A stretch of 64,000 nt of DNA from Sphagnum compactum (lineage: Eukaryota), in the NCBI GenBank assembly GCA_965153455.1, contig OZ234493.1, positions 20,760,213 to 20,824,212 on the forward strand, in the 5' to 3' direction. The notes below the pieces were generated by a model, which ran no database searches, had not been told where the DNA came from, and saw only the letters and a program-made list of their open reading frames with translations. Shown in pieces: positions 10,344 to 24,164 of the stretch. Position 1 is the stretch's first letter. Every line of letters begins with the position of its first letter. The translations under genes were made by a program, and so were the position numbers.

Positions 10344-13300
10344 GAATTGAAAAAAAATGAGATGCAAATTGATAAAGAAAGTATTGAAAATATATTTATA
10401 AATATGATATTTGAAAATTTTAGTTTTTAAAAAAACATAGATTCAAAAAGACATTTTGTCCATGCCTTTTCACTTGGGAATGGGTTCAACATCTTTTAGT
10501 TTGGAATTATCCAAGTGATGACCATGGCTTATGGAATTTAAACTTATCTTAAATTATCTTACCTAAATCAATTTCAATGAATCATGATCATTAGAATTTT
10601 GTGTATTAAACAAAAACATGTTGTGCAAAACCCTAAAAACAAGTCGCCTTTTTTTGTGTAGGGTACTGAGTCCCAATTTGTTTTTTAATTTTAATTTTAT
10701 TTCTTTCACAAATTATTGCCATGTTTAGACAACAAAAACCTGAAAATTCCCTTTTAAATTTAGGTATTTTTTTCATAAATTCATTCAAAAATCCCCTCAC
10801 CCCACACATGGTAGTCTAATTCCATAGTTGTTAAATTGTCACATTGCCAGGAGGGTGATATCAAGGTCGTCAAATTTGCAAAACATCGATGGTTACATGT
10901 GCCCATTCACCATATGCTTCAAACAAACAACAAAATTGCAAACTCTCATCATTGTTTTTGTTATCTTGGTGAGAAAATTTAATGTAAATAATATTTTGAT
11001 TTGGTAGCATTCACATTTGAATTTTTTTGTTGACATCGTTTAGATTTAATAAATACATTATTGTAACATTTTCTTTTGCAAATTGGTTGTTCATCATAAG
11101 ATTTTCAACATTGGAGAGTCCTAGGATTAACATGCCAACTTAGAAGGTATTTCAAAGATATAATATTTTGTTTGGAACTTAGTTAAGTATGGTTGGTGCT
11201 AATAAAATTTCAATTTCAACTGTAGTGAAAGAAAAGTTCAAATATTTCAAATTACACCTTTGATGGTCAAATTTTCAACATCCATATGGTACTTTGTTTA
11301 TGTTCTAAATTTCCATTGCTAGATTATGGTTAAACTTGTTTTTGCACAAATGTGAGATTCATCTTTTTTGTGGATGGTGTTCTCATATGAGGAACTTCCA
11401 AGTCTAGATGTAGATGTAGTTCCAATGTGACATGTTATGCAAGTTGCATAACAATGACATTGAAAATTTGCATATGTTGCTAATTAAGTTTTGCAATTGT
11501 GTGTTCAACTCTTCAACTTAGGGTTCATAATTTCATTAACATTCCCTAGTTTAAGGTTCAAAAACATAAAGTGCTTATTTATGGCCATGCATACTCTAAT
11601 AAAGAGGACATAGAGAAAGTGCATGTTCTTGCAGCTCAAGTAACTTTCCAAAAAAAAGATCTAACTTTTACAACATCACTAGGCATTAGTAAAAGACAAG
11701 CTCCCAAAACATGAATTGCTTTCTCATTTCATCTTCACTACCATCACAAGTAAAATGAAATGATTAGGATGATCATCACTCTCCAAAAAGACATTCTCCT
11801 TCCACAACAACCACCTCCAATGGATGACACTCCCAATTTTGCTTTCCAACTCATAAACAACAATTGCTTCAAGTTGTAAATCACTACACAACCACCCAAA
11901 GCCCCATCCACCACCAACTTTTTCCATAACTTGCAAAAAAGTTCATCAATACGATAAATAAATGAACCCAAATTGTCACATTAGTCTATTCCTTGTTCAA
12001 AAAAACACATGCATGTTCAATGATAACTAATCCAAAAAACGTTATATTAAATTATTTTACATTTGTCATTAAAGAATAATACAAAATGTGTCCCCACATC
12101 TTCATGTGCCACAAAAGGATACATTGTAAATTCTATTTGAAATGACAATGTGATTAATCAATCCATATAACAAGAAGCGGACAACTACAAATTTGGATGA
12201 AAGTGTAAATGTGCTCACAATCATATCTTGTTTTTTTCCTTATTTCTCAATTGTTGTTTGTAAATTCAAATAGAGGTGGTTCTTACGAAAGCAAGGGGTG
12301 ATGGAGTAAACTAGGTGACTATTCATAGAAGCAAATGATATAAAGAATCACACACAAATTGAAATGGAAGAGTGTTGGAGTGATAGAAAGTGAGTTGCTT
12401 ACATTTTTCAAGCCAAAATTCATTGAGACTTGTTAAATGGCTAGGAGCTTGATCCTAGGACATTGTCTTACATTGCTACACCACACAACAAAAACATATC
12501 TTTCCAATTTTGATGTTGGCATCAAAATTCATTTCCATCATAGATTTCACATGCAAAGACCATTTAATGGCAATGTTAAAATAAAATCATGCAAAATTTT
12601 TAACTTGTTCCATCGCCTTCAAATTGATAACATTGAAAGGTCAAGCAATGCATGTTGAGAAAAGTCTTAAATCCTAATGAGACACCAATAGGTATATATG
12701 AAGACATGAAATTTGGATTTCATTTAATGACCTTGATTAATTTTAGTGTTGAATTGGACATAGTTAGAAACAATTTCTTTTTCATATCATAAGTCCAAGG
12801 TGAGGACAAGTGCCATTGATTGTTTCATGTTCCAATTATGAAGCATGTGTGGTTATTTGAAATTACACCCTCAATTATTTCAAACCTACATACCCAGTCA
12901 AATACCCAATGGAGTTCAATCATTGATTCAATACCCACTTAACATAAGTTGTGCAAAGTGCAAACTTGGCCTATAATATGATGAGTGGTCATAGTAACTT
13001 GCTAGAATTTCAACATCATATATTTTGTAAAATCGACTTTCAATTGTTGAAATCAATATGTGTGTCTACATGGTCTTTGTCAACTTGTGCAACTTTTTAC
13101 TAAGTGGTAGTATACCTCAAAGTGAACTTAATAGATTACATGAGGATTTCCATTGTTTTTACATTAAACAAAATCTATTGAGAATTTTTTTTTTTTTTTT
13201 GGTGATGATGGTTTAATTTTTTACTCTAAACAAAAATTGAGGAGTCTGTTTTGAGATGGTGGTAGTGTTCAAAATCTTGTTTTCACACTAACAAAATTTG

Positions 13301-13613
13301 ATGCATTTCATTGATAGGTTGTTGATGTTGGAATTCTGGTAATTTACAATAACCAAAATTTCATTGGCAATGATTCATTAGAATTGATTTAGGGATAACA
13401 AGTTTAGGTTTCATATGTCATCATTTGGATAATTCCAAATGTTATCATTTGAACAATTTTAAATTAGAATTTGTTCATTTGATTCCCAAATGAAAAAGAG
13501 TGGAAAAGTGTCTTTTCAAATAGTGTATTTCAATTTCAATTTTTTCAAAACCATAGTCATGACTAAATATTCAATGCCTTTTGCATCAATTTGCATCCCA
13601 TGTCTCTTCAATT
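10344..13613. mobile_element. Degenerate AT-rich DNA-transposon region bounded by ~250-bp diverged inverted repeats (~10344-10600 and ~13350-13613)
   Basis: GATGCAAATTGAT...TTGGGAAT...TTGGAATTATCCAAGTGATGAC...CCTAAATCAATT at left has a reverse-complement counterpart at right; the interior has no intact ORF. Confidence 0.45.
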
Positions 13614-16107
13614 AGTATTGACAAATTTTATTTATTTATTCATAATCAGCTGGGGAGTTTATTTATTTAATTTTTGGACCACACAAGTTATATATATATA
13701 TATATAGATTCACTGGTTATCAATTTCCTTACCAAAATAATATTATTGATTATCAATTTACTCAATATTTTTTGGTAATAACCACCAGTTTTGCATAAGC
13801 CTTGATTTTCAAATACCCAATCTTGAGAATTGTTCGCTATAATGCATAGGTAGGATAGGTATAAGGTTTATATTTATATTTTCTTTAAAAAATTTCTATC
13901 ATCAATATGTTTAAGGTTTTAGAATTGATAACCTGCCTACATGAAGTTCTAATTATCCAAATAAATTATTAAAAATTGAAAATTCACTACCTGACCCATA
14001 AGGGTCTTTGTGATTCTTTGAATGGTATGTACAAGGCAAGTAGGTTATTTACTAGTTTTCAGAAAAAAGCAACCACCAACTAGTAGGTTATTAATACTTG
14101 GGTTGATAATTGGGTGTTATTTTAAAGACCGATGGACACCGATTTGAATTTGCCACAAAAGGTCGAGTCATTCATGATGATGTGCTTGTTATAGACACTC
14201 TCTCTTTCCCTCTTCATTTCATAAAGCTCTCTTGCAAAAGTTCTATTGTATTTGGAGGCACCGACTTCTACATATGAAGGAAGGTAGTTTGCTTGTTTTC
14301 TTTGTTTGTCACGATGAGATTTGTCACAACCATAGTGCCTCTCTTAGTACCATTGGAAAGCCCTTTGAAAAGTAAAAGGTGCATGAAGTTGATTTCATAA
14401 TGTTTTGACTTGCAATGAAAAAGTGATTGAATATTGAACAAATATTTGCTGAAAATTCATTTAAATAACAACTAAAAATTATAGGAAGATTTGGGTGCAC
14501 TATTATATAAAAAATGCTCAGTGAATAATAATTATTCAAAGTGATTTGGAAGATATTAGACCTAAGGTGCTGGAGATATTATTGAATTTTGAGTAGTTTT
14601 TGTCATTGAAAATTCAATTAAATTCCAAAAAATGATTTTGAAAGGAAAAAATTAGTTGGGTACCCGGTTCACACTTGAGCCAATGATTACATCCTACAAT
14701 AGTAAACATGGATTTTGGCCCTGCAAAAGGGGTGGGGGGCCTGTTTCAGAAATGAAATGCCCACTGAACCCTTGAACGGTTAGAGGGCATTTTTTGGGTA
14801 GGGTAATGCCCAAGGAGCAGGGTGTTCCCCAAGTGAATGCCTGCTTGAGGTGGATCTGAGAGGTGCATACTTCTGGAACTCCTGGACTTCAAGGGCATTA
14901 TTGAGCATAAAAAATTGACACAATTTTTTGTATGGTTTTTTAGATACTCAATGAGTATCACCTGAAAAAAAAAACACTAAACATATTAAAAAACAAAAAT
15001 GCTTGAAGGTGTGGGTGTTGGAACATTTTAAAAAATGCTTCCTGAGATTTTATGCTTTGTAAGTGCACCTCCAAATGCACTTAAAAACATTCTTGGAGGT
15101 TTTTACATTTTTGAAATATACCTTCTTTTGTCACTTTTTTCTCATAATACCCAATATCCAATGGGTATGTGTAGCATGAGAAAATATATAAAAATAAAAT
15201 TTAAAAATTTAAAAATAAAATAAAATAAAATTTAATTTTCCAGGAGGGGAAAGGCCCTTGGGTAAGGCCCTCTGGGTTGGGCATTGCCAGCCTCGGAGTC
15301 CACAGGAGTCTGCTTGGGCCCATTAGTGGTAATACCTTGCCCCCCTTCCCTCTCCCCCAGTGCCTTACCCTAAACATGACACACGTCAAGATACCACCCC
15401 CAACAAAAAAAAGAAAAAAAAATAGAAAGACAAAAAAGAAACCCTCAGCCCAACCCCAAAAGAAAGAAAGCAAGAAAGAAAGATGCGTTGGCAGTTGGAG
15501 GAAGAATGGGTCAATTGTTCGTTTGCCGTTGTTACTTACGAAAAACAAATTCATTCATTCATTCCTTCATTCATTCATCCCACCATACAAATTTGGTTTT
15601 GTTGGTGACAGAAAGTGCGTGTCTGCCAAAAAAAAAGAAAAAAAAGAAAAAAGAAAAAACCCAATCACGCACTTGATCTGAATCACCGAAGCAACAAGAC
15701 GAGAAAAACAAGAAGAAAAAAAGACGAAGTCGACGAAGCCCTTTCTTCTGGAGGGAAAATATTCATAAATCTTCTCGAGGTTTCTTCGAGCGTAGTTGTA
15801 GTGGCCACTGCTGAAGAAGAAGAAGAAGAAGAAGAAGAAGCAGCAGCAGAAGAAGAAAAAGCGATTTCAGGTTTTTAGGTCTTGTCTGCTCCGCAATCGT
15901 GCTTGGCATTTAGGAGCGATTTTTGGTGTTTTTAGGTCTTATGTGTGCTTCGTGGTCGTGTTTGTAGTTTTGGAGCTTGTTTTCAGATTTTGATTTCCTC
16001 TTTGTTGCTCTATTTGTTGTCGTTGTTGTTGTCGTTGTGGCAAATAAATTTTTGCAGGTCTTTTTGTTTGTGTATCATCATCGTCATCGGCATCATTATC
16101 AAACAAG

Positions 16108-17845
16108 ATGTTGATCAGAGTAAGGAGCAGAGATGGATTGGAGCGTGTAACCGTGGAAGCGAATGCAACAGTCAAAGAGTTGCAATCTGCGATAGCGGAA
16201 ACCTTGAACGTTCCTGTGTCACAACAATTGTTGTCCAGAAATCGAGCGTTATTGCTTGCCAAAGGACCCGACAGAGACGCGTCTTTCACTGATATGAAGA
16301 ATTTGGATGCCAGTCTATTGTCTCTGGGACTCGGCCACGGAGCTGTGGTATACCTTGTGTACAGTGGGGAGAGAGTTGTTGCCGGACCGCCTGTAACGCC
16401 ACACGGGACTTTCGGGAAGAAGATGACTATGGATGATCTCATTGCACGTCAAACTCGGATCGAGCGACAAGAGAAGCCGCATTGCAGTTCCTTGTCATTG
16501 GACAGGGAAGCGGCTGACTCATTCCAGCACTATGTGCATCAGAGCCTTGCATTCTCAGTCAAGAGAGGAGGATTCATGTACGGTTCAGTGAATGAAGCAG
16601 GTGAAGTCTCTGTGGAATTCATCTATGAGCCTCCACAGCAAGGTTCTGAAGACAGTCTCCTTCTCATGAGAGATATGGAGGAGGAGAAGCATGCAGATAT
16701 CATTGCGGCAGGGTTAGGGTTACGCAAAGTTGGCTTCATCTTCACCCAAACGGTCAGCCAAACCAAAAGGGATTATACACTCTCTAGCATTGAGATCCGG
16801 CAGGCAGCACAGCTTCATGTTGAGTCTGGATTTGAGTGTTGGGCCACTGCCATAGTCAAGCTTGAAGTGAATGATGAAGGTGGCACCGATGTGCATTTTG
16901 AGGCATTTCAATTGAGTGATCAGTGCGTGAAATTGTATAAGGAGGGCTGGTTCGTTGAGGATTGTCCTGACCTTGACCCCAAACTTTCCCGTATGGCTAA
17001 AGATGTGGTGATTTTAAGCAAGGATACGCGGGATGTTGACAATGATTTCTTCCTTGTGCTTGTCAAGATCCTTGACCATGAGGTTCAGTACTTTCCTTTC
17101 CAATGCTGTTCCTTTCCTCTTTTCCATCACTCTCTATATCTTCCTTCTTATCTTGCTCCTTTCTAAACTTGGTTCAGAGTGCAGCATCAAGGTGGGTCGT
17201 AGAGAGAAAATTCTTAATTGTCAGTGAAGTCTTTCTCTATGAGTTGCAGAAAGTGTAGTTGTTTTCCAATCATAAGGGTATCCTTGCTTCTTTTGGATGC
17301 TTCAGCAACATTGTAGTAGCTCTTCACCTTGTAAATACAGTAGCAAAGGCCCATCTTGAATCTCAAATCTGGGCGGATGATGCCCTTTCAGTTTCTGCTG
17401 AAAATCTGGAAAGAGGGTGCCAGTTTCAATTGGCAAGCAATCATCCCCTAGATGGCAATCTCTCACTAAAACCAGGTTTTGTTAGACCCTCAGGAATGGT
17501 TGAAGATTTCTTGTTGTACAGAAGGCAGGGTTTGGAATTGTATTTTCAAATGGCTAATTACTGAAGTTGGTGAACTGTGGATCTGTTCAGGGTCCATTGT
17601 CATGCACATTTCCAGTTGAGAACCGTGAGTCATTTTCAAGTCTCCAAGCACTGAAGGCTCATCTGGAGCGCACCAGGAATAAGCCATATGTAAAACGGAT
17701 TGCAGACTTCCACATCCTGCTCTTGTTGTCTAACTACTTGGATGTAAATACAGACATACCTCAACTAATGGAGTGCATTCGAGTTCAAGGCCCTGTACCA
17801 GATGGGTACCAGCTTATCATTGAATCTCTTGCAAGTCATTTCTAA
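16108..17845 (+). CDS. NPL4: NPL4 family protein (CDC48/p97-UFD1 cofactor); exons 16108-17082 and 17591-17845
   Basis: UBL N-terminus MLIRVRSRDGLERV, FGKKMTMDDLIARQTRIERQE, RGGFMYG, FIYEPPQQG, VGFIFT, FEAFQLSDQC, GPLSCTFPVENR, IADFHILL, GYQLII. Confidence 0.95.
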
Positions 17846-19725
17846 ACTCTCTTTTTACTAAACTACTAGAGGAGAGAGTGCCAGGGAGGGGTACTATAAT
17901 CCCTACTTTGTACATTCCTTAGAGGGAGAGTCACACCTGTTGTGGATATGTGATTCCACATTGAATGTAATTGTGCAAGCAACTTGGTAATCAAAGGTGA
18001 CTTGTGAGCACAAATGAATATTTGGCTGTCAAAGAACCTGCAATTTATTGGATGTGGATTCATGTGTCATTTTGTCAGGGATCTTAGTTGACTTCTGGGA
18101 TCTAGCCACACAGAATCAGGTTTGGGGTTTAAGAAGGGTTTACCAATTTGGTTGCAAGCCAAGGGTTCTCAGCTGTGGTCTAATTACCAGCCATGCTCAA
18201 TTCAAGGTGGTCATGTTCTGAAAATTATGCCACTAAGACAGAGAAATGAAATTGCTTTGCAGGGGACTATTAAAGTTGCTTTGCCACAAGACTATAGAGC
18301 CACTTGCATGTTGTCTTGAACTTGTGACCTAACCCTAACCCTAGCCCTGATCGAAATGCCTAATCCCTCCTTTTCAGGAACAACCATGAATCTGATGATC
18401 ATGTAGTAGATGTATTTATACAATGGAAGTGAAATCTTTGTTTTCATCTAAATCATCAATTTGTTGCCTCAATTCTGCTAAATTTTCTGATAGCAAAGTT
18501 GGTATGCTGTATATCTGTGGATCTACAAGGGATGGTCTCTTTGAGGGACAATTGTGCTTCTGAAAGACACCATTAGCATGTTTAGTATCCTCATAAATCG
18601 TCCATAATTGCAGTTCTTTTATGACCATTCCTGATTTTGGTTTCTTTGTTCAGATTTAATGGCAAGTGTTTGTTCTGTGATTAGGCTACTCACAACAGAG
18701 AAGATTCCCGTGGCAAGAAGAGCTTGTAGCATCCTTGCTCCATATTCAACAACAATGCACCATGACATGTTTAATAATTGTTTCTTGTAATCACACATTC
18801 TTCCCAATTACGACTTCTGATGTATGTATATATGTATGTATTGCTCTTGAACAACTTTCCGTGCTCCCCAGCAACTTCTATATGACCATATGTGGCAGTA
18901 GCAGCTTTATCATCAAACCTGTATTACCTGCCCAAGAGAAGAGGTAGCAGAGTTTGTGGAGGTGTGTTGTGCATCCTTTTCTTTCATGCCATTCTTTTGT
19001 AACACATCTGCTTTTGAGAAGCTCCTTGACTAGAGGAAATAGCAGACTTGCAGAAATAGGTTAACTGGTGGAGTAGGATGAATAAGAACATCCTTTTCTT
19101 TCATGCCATTCTTTTGTAACACACCTGTTTTTGAGGAGCTCCTTGACTAGAGCAGACTTGCAGAAATAGGGTAACTGGTGGAGGAGGATGAACAAGAATT
19201 CACAATTGAAAACCTTTGACAGGAATGAGGATGGGATGCAGGACCACAGGGTAACTGCTGGAGGAGGATGAACAAGAACTCACAATTGAAAACTTTTGAC
19301 AGGAATGAAGATGGGATGGGGGACCACACTGAGTTTGCAGCATTTCTTGAAAGGTTCACAAAAGCTTGTGTATTGGCTCACTTGAGCACCAAGATAGTCA
19401 TTTTCTCAGTGGTGATCCCCAACATAGTTGTGATGAGCAGGCCAGGGGCAGATCGCTTTCTCTTGTGGGTCCAATTATGCATCATGCACCCAACCTGCTC
19501 TATTCTGCTGCAATGACATAATGACCACCTGGATTGCCTTTGCAGGCAGTCAATTCAGCAAAATGTGAGGAGATTCACAATAGTTTTTCATGTTCTGTGC
19601 ACTGGCTTTGATTTGGAGTTTTATTCATGCAAATACACTGGATCTTGAATCCTGTCATTTTTATTTCTCCCCTTGATTTTGGAGGGATATATGTATGCAA
19701 TCTGTTAAGGTTGCCAGCTCTTACC

Positions 19726-20720
19726 CGATATACTACACTGATCACAGGCAAACTTCAAATCCCTTGTTGTATATCTCTCCTCCTCCTGTACATATGTTTG
19801 CCTTTGACCAATACTCTGTGATGGTACTTGCAGACAGCATCACAGCAGCAACTTTGTACCACCATCTTGTTTGTGCTGCTTGTGTTGCTTGTTCATCTAG
19901 ACATTAAACAGGCAATTGATTTCAAACTGCATCAACATCAGGTGCTAGATATTAGGTACCTACGAAAGACAACAGAAAAATTGCTAATCACCACCTCTTG
20001 CTGGTGGTGACATTTGCCCAGAAATGTTGAACTAGACACAGGGAGGATGATTTCCCCCCAAATCACTTGATGCAGGAGGGAGTCACACACTACATGGACC
20101 ATTCACACTCTCAAATGAATTGAGTGTGGCTATAATGAGCTCACATGAATCTTACAAGGCACATTGATCGTTCATTGAGATCTTTACGAGAGGAGGAGAG
20201 AGGTCTGTGGTTAAGGGAAAAGAAGAGGTCTCATGGTTTAAGCCCCAGATTGATGAGCATGCATCCAGCACAATGCCAACAGATGTTGCTGCTGGACTTT
20301 CTGTTCTGAAACTTTTGTTGGACTTCAGACAGCTTCCTGTTTGCGCAAAAGACTCGAATGGAAGAACCCTAAAGCACGGCCCAAGCACTTGTCCTACTTC
20401 TCAAGACCATGCAACAACATCCTCCGCCCCCAAAAAACCAAGAAAGGGAGGAAATTCCTTTCGGAAACAGTAAGGCAATTGGAGAACAAGAGTGCTTCAA
20501 GCTTTTCGAGTGACATCGAAGCTCTCTTCTGACCAAGTGCGACGAGACGGGGAACTCTTCCGCCATAGCCGAAAGCTTACCCGCAGCTTGTTTCTTTGCG
20601 CAGCTCAGTGGATGAGAAACGGTCGATGATCACAGCTCCAAAAGCACCAAAACAGTGAAACAGATGAAAAATAGAGGCAGGTCACCGTTTCGTATGGATG
20701 CTCCTCGTCGTCTTCCTTGC
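19726..20720 (-). ncRNA. Possible spliced non-coding transcript (or decayed gene) divergent from BolA4; putative exons ending ~20581, ~20338-20156, ~19959-19725
   Basis: Minus-strand GTAAG donors near 20580, 20155 and 19724; acceptors AAACAG (~20339) and TCTTTCGTAG (~19960); joined exons give no long ORF. Confidence 0.3.
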
Positions 20721-20940
20721 GTCTCTTCCGGGTTTTTCTCCTCTTCTGCCCTTTCGATCCGTTAGGGTTTTGGGGCTATTGCAGTGCGATCGCAGTCCGA
20801 TTGCTGCGCTCGCGACTGCTATCCCTGTGGCTTTTGCTCTACTGCAGCGGCAATCAAACGAGCAGGAAATTGAAGGTTTTATTAAAATTTTCGAAACTTC
20901 GTACACACAGGAACCAAAAGCAGTGCATTTCTTTGTTGCG

Positions 20941-20975
<35 letters not shown>

Positions 20976-20981
<6 letters not shown>

Positions 20982-22093
20982 GGAGCTTTGGCACAATCGT
21001 GTGTTTCCGTGCTGAGATCCATCCGCACCATCCAACCTCGATGTCCTTCAGTATGCGCTCTGCAGCAGCGCACTTCCCTACCGTCACGGCAATGGAAAAG
21101 CTGTGGATTGTTGTCATCAGGGGAGACGACGACGAAGCAGCTGAGGCAGCAGCGGTTCTTAACAGTGAAAGCGGTGGATGTGTCCGGGCCAGGAACTGTG
21201 GACTTCCCCCTCATTACAAGCATGCAAGATAAGGTTTGTTTTTTGCACCTCTGTTTTTCTTCCCTCTCATCCTCTTCTTAATTCTTCCCTGTATGAAATG
21301 ACAAAGCAACAACATCTTCTTGTAGCATTGTTTGTCTCATGGAATTCTGGAGCTTGCAAAAGACCATCTAAGTATCTCTCTTTTGGCACTTACTACTGCT
21401 GCAGCTTTTCGTTCCGTATTGAAGCCTTTTGGAGACACACCTACTGATGAGCTTTAGGTCTTGTTGAAGTTTCTTGCGTTTAGTGGGAAGGAAGGAATTG
21501 TGGATTATGTGTGATAAGTCTGTTGCAGTTACAAGCTTGAAGTTGATCGTTGACATTCTGAGTTCCATTGGCAATTGTGTATAGATAAAAGAACAATTGA
21601 AAGCACAGGAGGTTTCTGTGAAAGATGCATACGGAGATGGGCGACATGTCAGGTATGGTAGCTGCATCCATTTTCCCTCTTTCTATGGTTACTATCATGC
21701 CTGAACTCCCGTCTAAGCAAGTCATCTTGCAGAGAGAGGAACAATGCTAGATATCTCTTAGTGCAAAATATGTGACAGATGAAGATAGGGGTGTGGATTT
21801 TACTGACATACTTAGCATCTGACATTGCAGATTGATTTCTGTATGTATTTCTGTAGATAGATCGATAGATTGTAGTTGGGAGCTTCAAACACAACCATGT
21901 TGATTTGTCTCTGGATACCCTGGTCTGCAGCATTGATGTAGTGGCAGAAGCATTTGAGGGCCAATCAAGGGTCAACCGACAACGGATGGTATACAAGGCC
22001 ATATGGGAGGAACTTCAAAGCACAGTTCATGCTGTTGACCAGCTCCGCACCCAAACTCCTGCTGAAGCTGCAGCTGCTTCCAAGGATGTGTAA
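20976..22093 (+). CDS. BOLA4: BolA4-like organellar BolA protein; exons 20976-21233, 21585-21652, 21931-22093
   Basis: Transit peptide then [73 protein letters not shown]. Confidence 0.94.
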
Positions 22094-23069
22094 AGTGGTT
22101 TTAATTAGTGATCTGTAACGGGTAGGTGTAGATATATTTTGCAGGGGCTGCTTCTACAAAACATTGTGTAGCAGACAGAAAATACTCAACTTCAAATGTG
22201 AGATCTGAATAAATTGTTTTATGTTTGTGGTCCTTGAGAGGTTTCTGGCTGCCTTGTGCTGCTGGTGTGCAATACTTCAATCATGAACTGAGCTCAAGCA
22301 TTGTATACTGACATTCTGCAATAGAAGGAATGTAGCATCCACCATCTTTCCATTGATGTTGTCCAATGGCAGTCTCAATCTAGAGACTATTGGGTTGCTT
22401 TTCTGAGTAAAATTGTCATGAAACATGTGGGAGGGAAATGAGGAGGGGCTTCAGATTGTATGGAAGAAACAACATTGCCAAGAACCCCTCAAATGCCTGT
22501 TATGTTGTTTTGCCCACTCTCCTTTGATTGCAAACTTGAGCTCCTATATATTTTTTTCTTGTTGCAGGTCTTTGGTATTATTATTGAATGTGCTTCTTCA
22601 ATGAGGAATTAGTCCTGTGAGCTTCATTGAAAAGAGGAAAAGGAATGCAGTAGTCTGTCGATGAAACGCATTGAAACTGTGTGGTTTGATTCTCTGCAGA
22701 GTTTGAGACAGCGACTGTCAAAATCCTTAAGGAAAGCACTTAACTTATTAACTCATGGAAGGAACAGTAGATAGCTGTACATATAGAGTCAAGGTTTTTA
22801 CTCTCCAGTAGATTTAGGAAATTCCTCCATAGCTCCTCCTCCTCCTCCATTGTTGTCTCTCTGCAACTAGCTATCTATATCTTCACCAAATTGCACCTCA
22901 AGGCACACAGATCACAAGAATGTTATCTTGTGAGGAGGAAGGAGGGATCGAATCCAGAGGAGCTGAATTTTACATACTTGCAAGCTTCTGCTGCCTCTTT
23001 TCTGTGGAGTGTGCAGTTACTACTGCAAGCAAGCAGCAAGCTCTGGACTGAAGAGGAAGAAGAAAAACC

Positions 23070-23564
23070 CTAGGTTGCATTCCTTGTGAAGAATTCAGCA
23101 TTCTGTTTCCATGCCTCTCCGTTGTTGTAAATTTCCTTCTTCCAAATGGGTACCGAAGCTTTAATTTCATCGATCACAAATTGACAAGCTTTGAGCGCAT
23201 CTTGCCGATGTATGGACGAGACAGCGATGAAGACGCTTTCCTGGCCAATGGTTACAACGCCGGTTCTGTGCGCCACCGCCATGCGCTTCAAATCCCATTG
23301 CTCTCTCGCCGCTTGACAGATCCTCCTCAGCTCGCGGTAGGCCATGGACTCATGTGCTTCGTAGCGGAGTTCCAAGACTTCCTGTCCTTGGAACGTGACT
23401 CTGGTGGTACCGCTGAAAGTGGCGATGGCACCAGCACTGGAATCCCGAACGGCATCGATGTACCGCATGATGTCTAGAGGGTTCTCCTTGATCTCTACGA
23501 CATCTTCCACACCCTCTTCTTGTTCTTCTTCTACTGTACGTATTTTCCCGTCTGCCGATGCCAT
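23070..23564 (-). CDS. CNX6: Molybdopterin synthase catalytic (large) subunit MoaE/MOCS2B, intronless
   Basis: GAIATFSGTTR, ELRYEAH, AVAHRTG, SVFIAVSSIHR, IDEIKASVPIWKKE motifs; first ATG at 23564. Confidence 0.95.
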   Translation of the reverse strand: MASADGKIRTVEEEQEEGVEDVVEIKENPLDIMRYIDAVRDSSAGAIATFSGTTRVTFQGQEVLELRYEAHESMAYRELRRICQAAREQWDLKRMAVAHRTGVVTIGQESVFIAVSSIHRQDALKACQFVIDEIKASVPIWKKEIYNNGEAWKQNAEFFTRNAT

Positions 23565-23826
23565 CACCACTAAAACCCTCACCCTCCTCCTCTTCCTCTT
23601 ATGGCATACAGAAACCTTCTTGCCTCGCCGAGGAGAAAAACCCTAACCACCCTCCTCTTGTCAAATTCAGAAACCCTTTTTCTCTATTTGGGGAGAGAAA
23701 CTCCAATCACCCTCGTCTTCCGGTCGCATGCAGAGATCCTCAACCTGTTCAGAGACTGACTCGGTTTTCCTTGTGAGGTCCGAGCCTATGGCGAACCTTG
23801 CAGAAATTCTCAGGCGCTCTTGCGAG

Positions 23827-24164
23827 CAGTGTTTTTTTTTCTGGCGAAATTTCGCCAATTTTTGACAAAGAAATTGGGAAGTTTTTTGAAATTTTGGTTT
23901 TTGTAGTGTAAATTCGACTAATTTTGCTAATTTTTATTTTGTTAAGTTTCATCAGAATTTCAATAATGAAATATAAAAAACACTGGTCTAACTCCTGTCC
24001 TGTCCAGGGTTTTCTTTTTCTGGCGAAACTTTGCGAATTTTCGACAAAGAAATTGAGAAAATTCTGGAAAATTTTGTTTTAATAGTGTAAATTATTCGAA
24101 TAAATTCGCCTAAACGTTTTGGTTAAATGTCGCCAAGCTTTCGATAATGAAAAAAAAAGCACTG
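23827..24164. mobile_element. hAT-type MITE pair (23827-23985 and 24005-24164)
   Basis: Two related ~160-bp units with CAGTG/CAGGG-poly(T)...poly(A)-CACTG ends; the pair is flanked by CTTGCGAG / CTTTCGAG (8 bp, one mismatch). Confidence 0.65.

Noticed and set aside
15201-16442. Lys-, Glu- or Gln-rich short ORFs
   Set aside because: Products of poly(A), GAA and TTG microsatellites in the NPL4 promoter/5' UTR, or antisense shadows.
18328-18350. Telomere-like CCCTAA repeats / telomerase RNA template
   Set aside because: Only ~3 degenerate units; no recognisable Pol III USE/TATA context.
2628-23564. Metal-cofactor gene cluster (CRR6, BolA4, CNX6)
   Set aside because: Different pathways and compartments, interspersed with unrelated genes; most likely chance neighbourhood.
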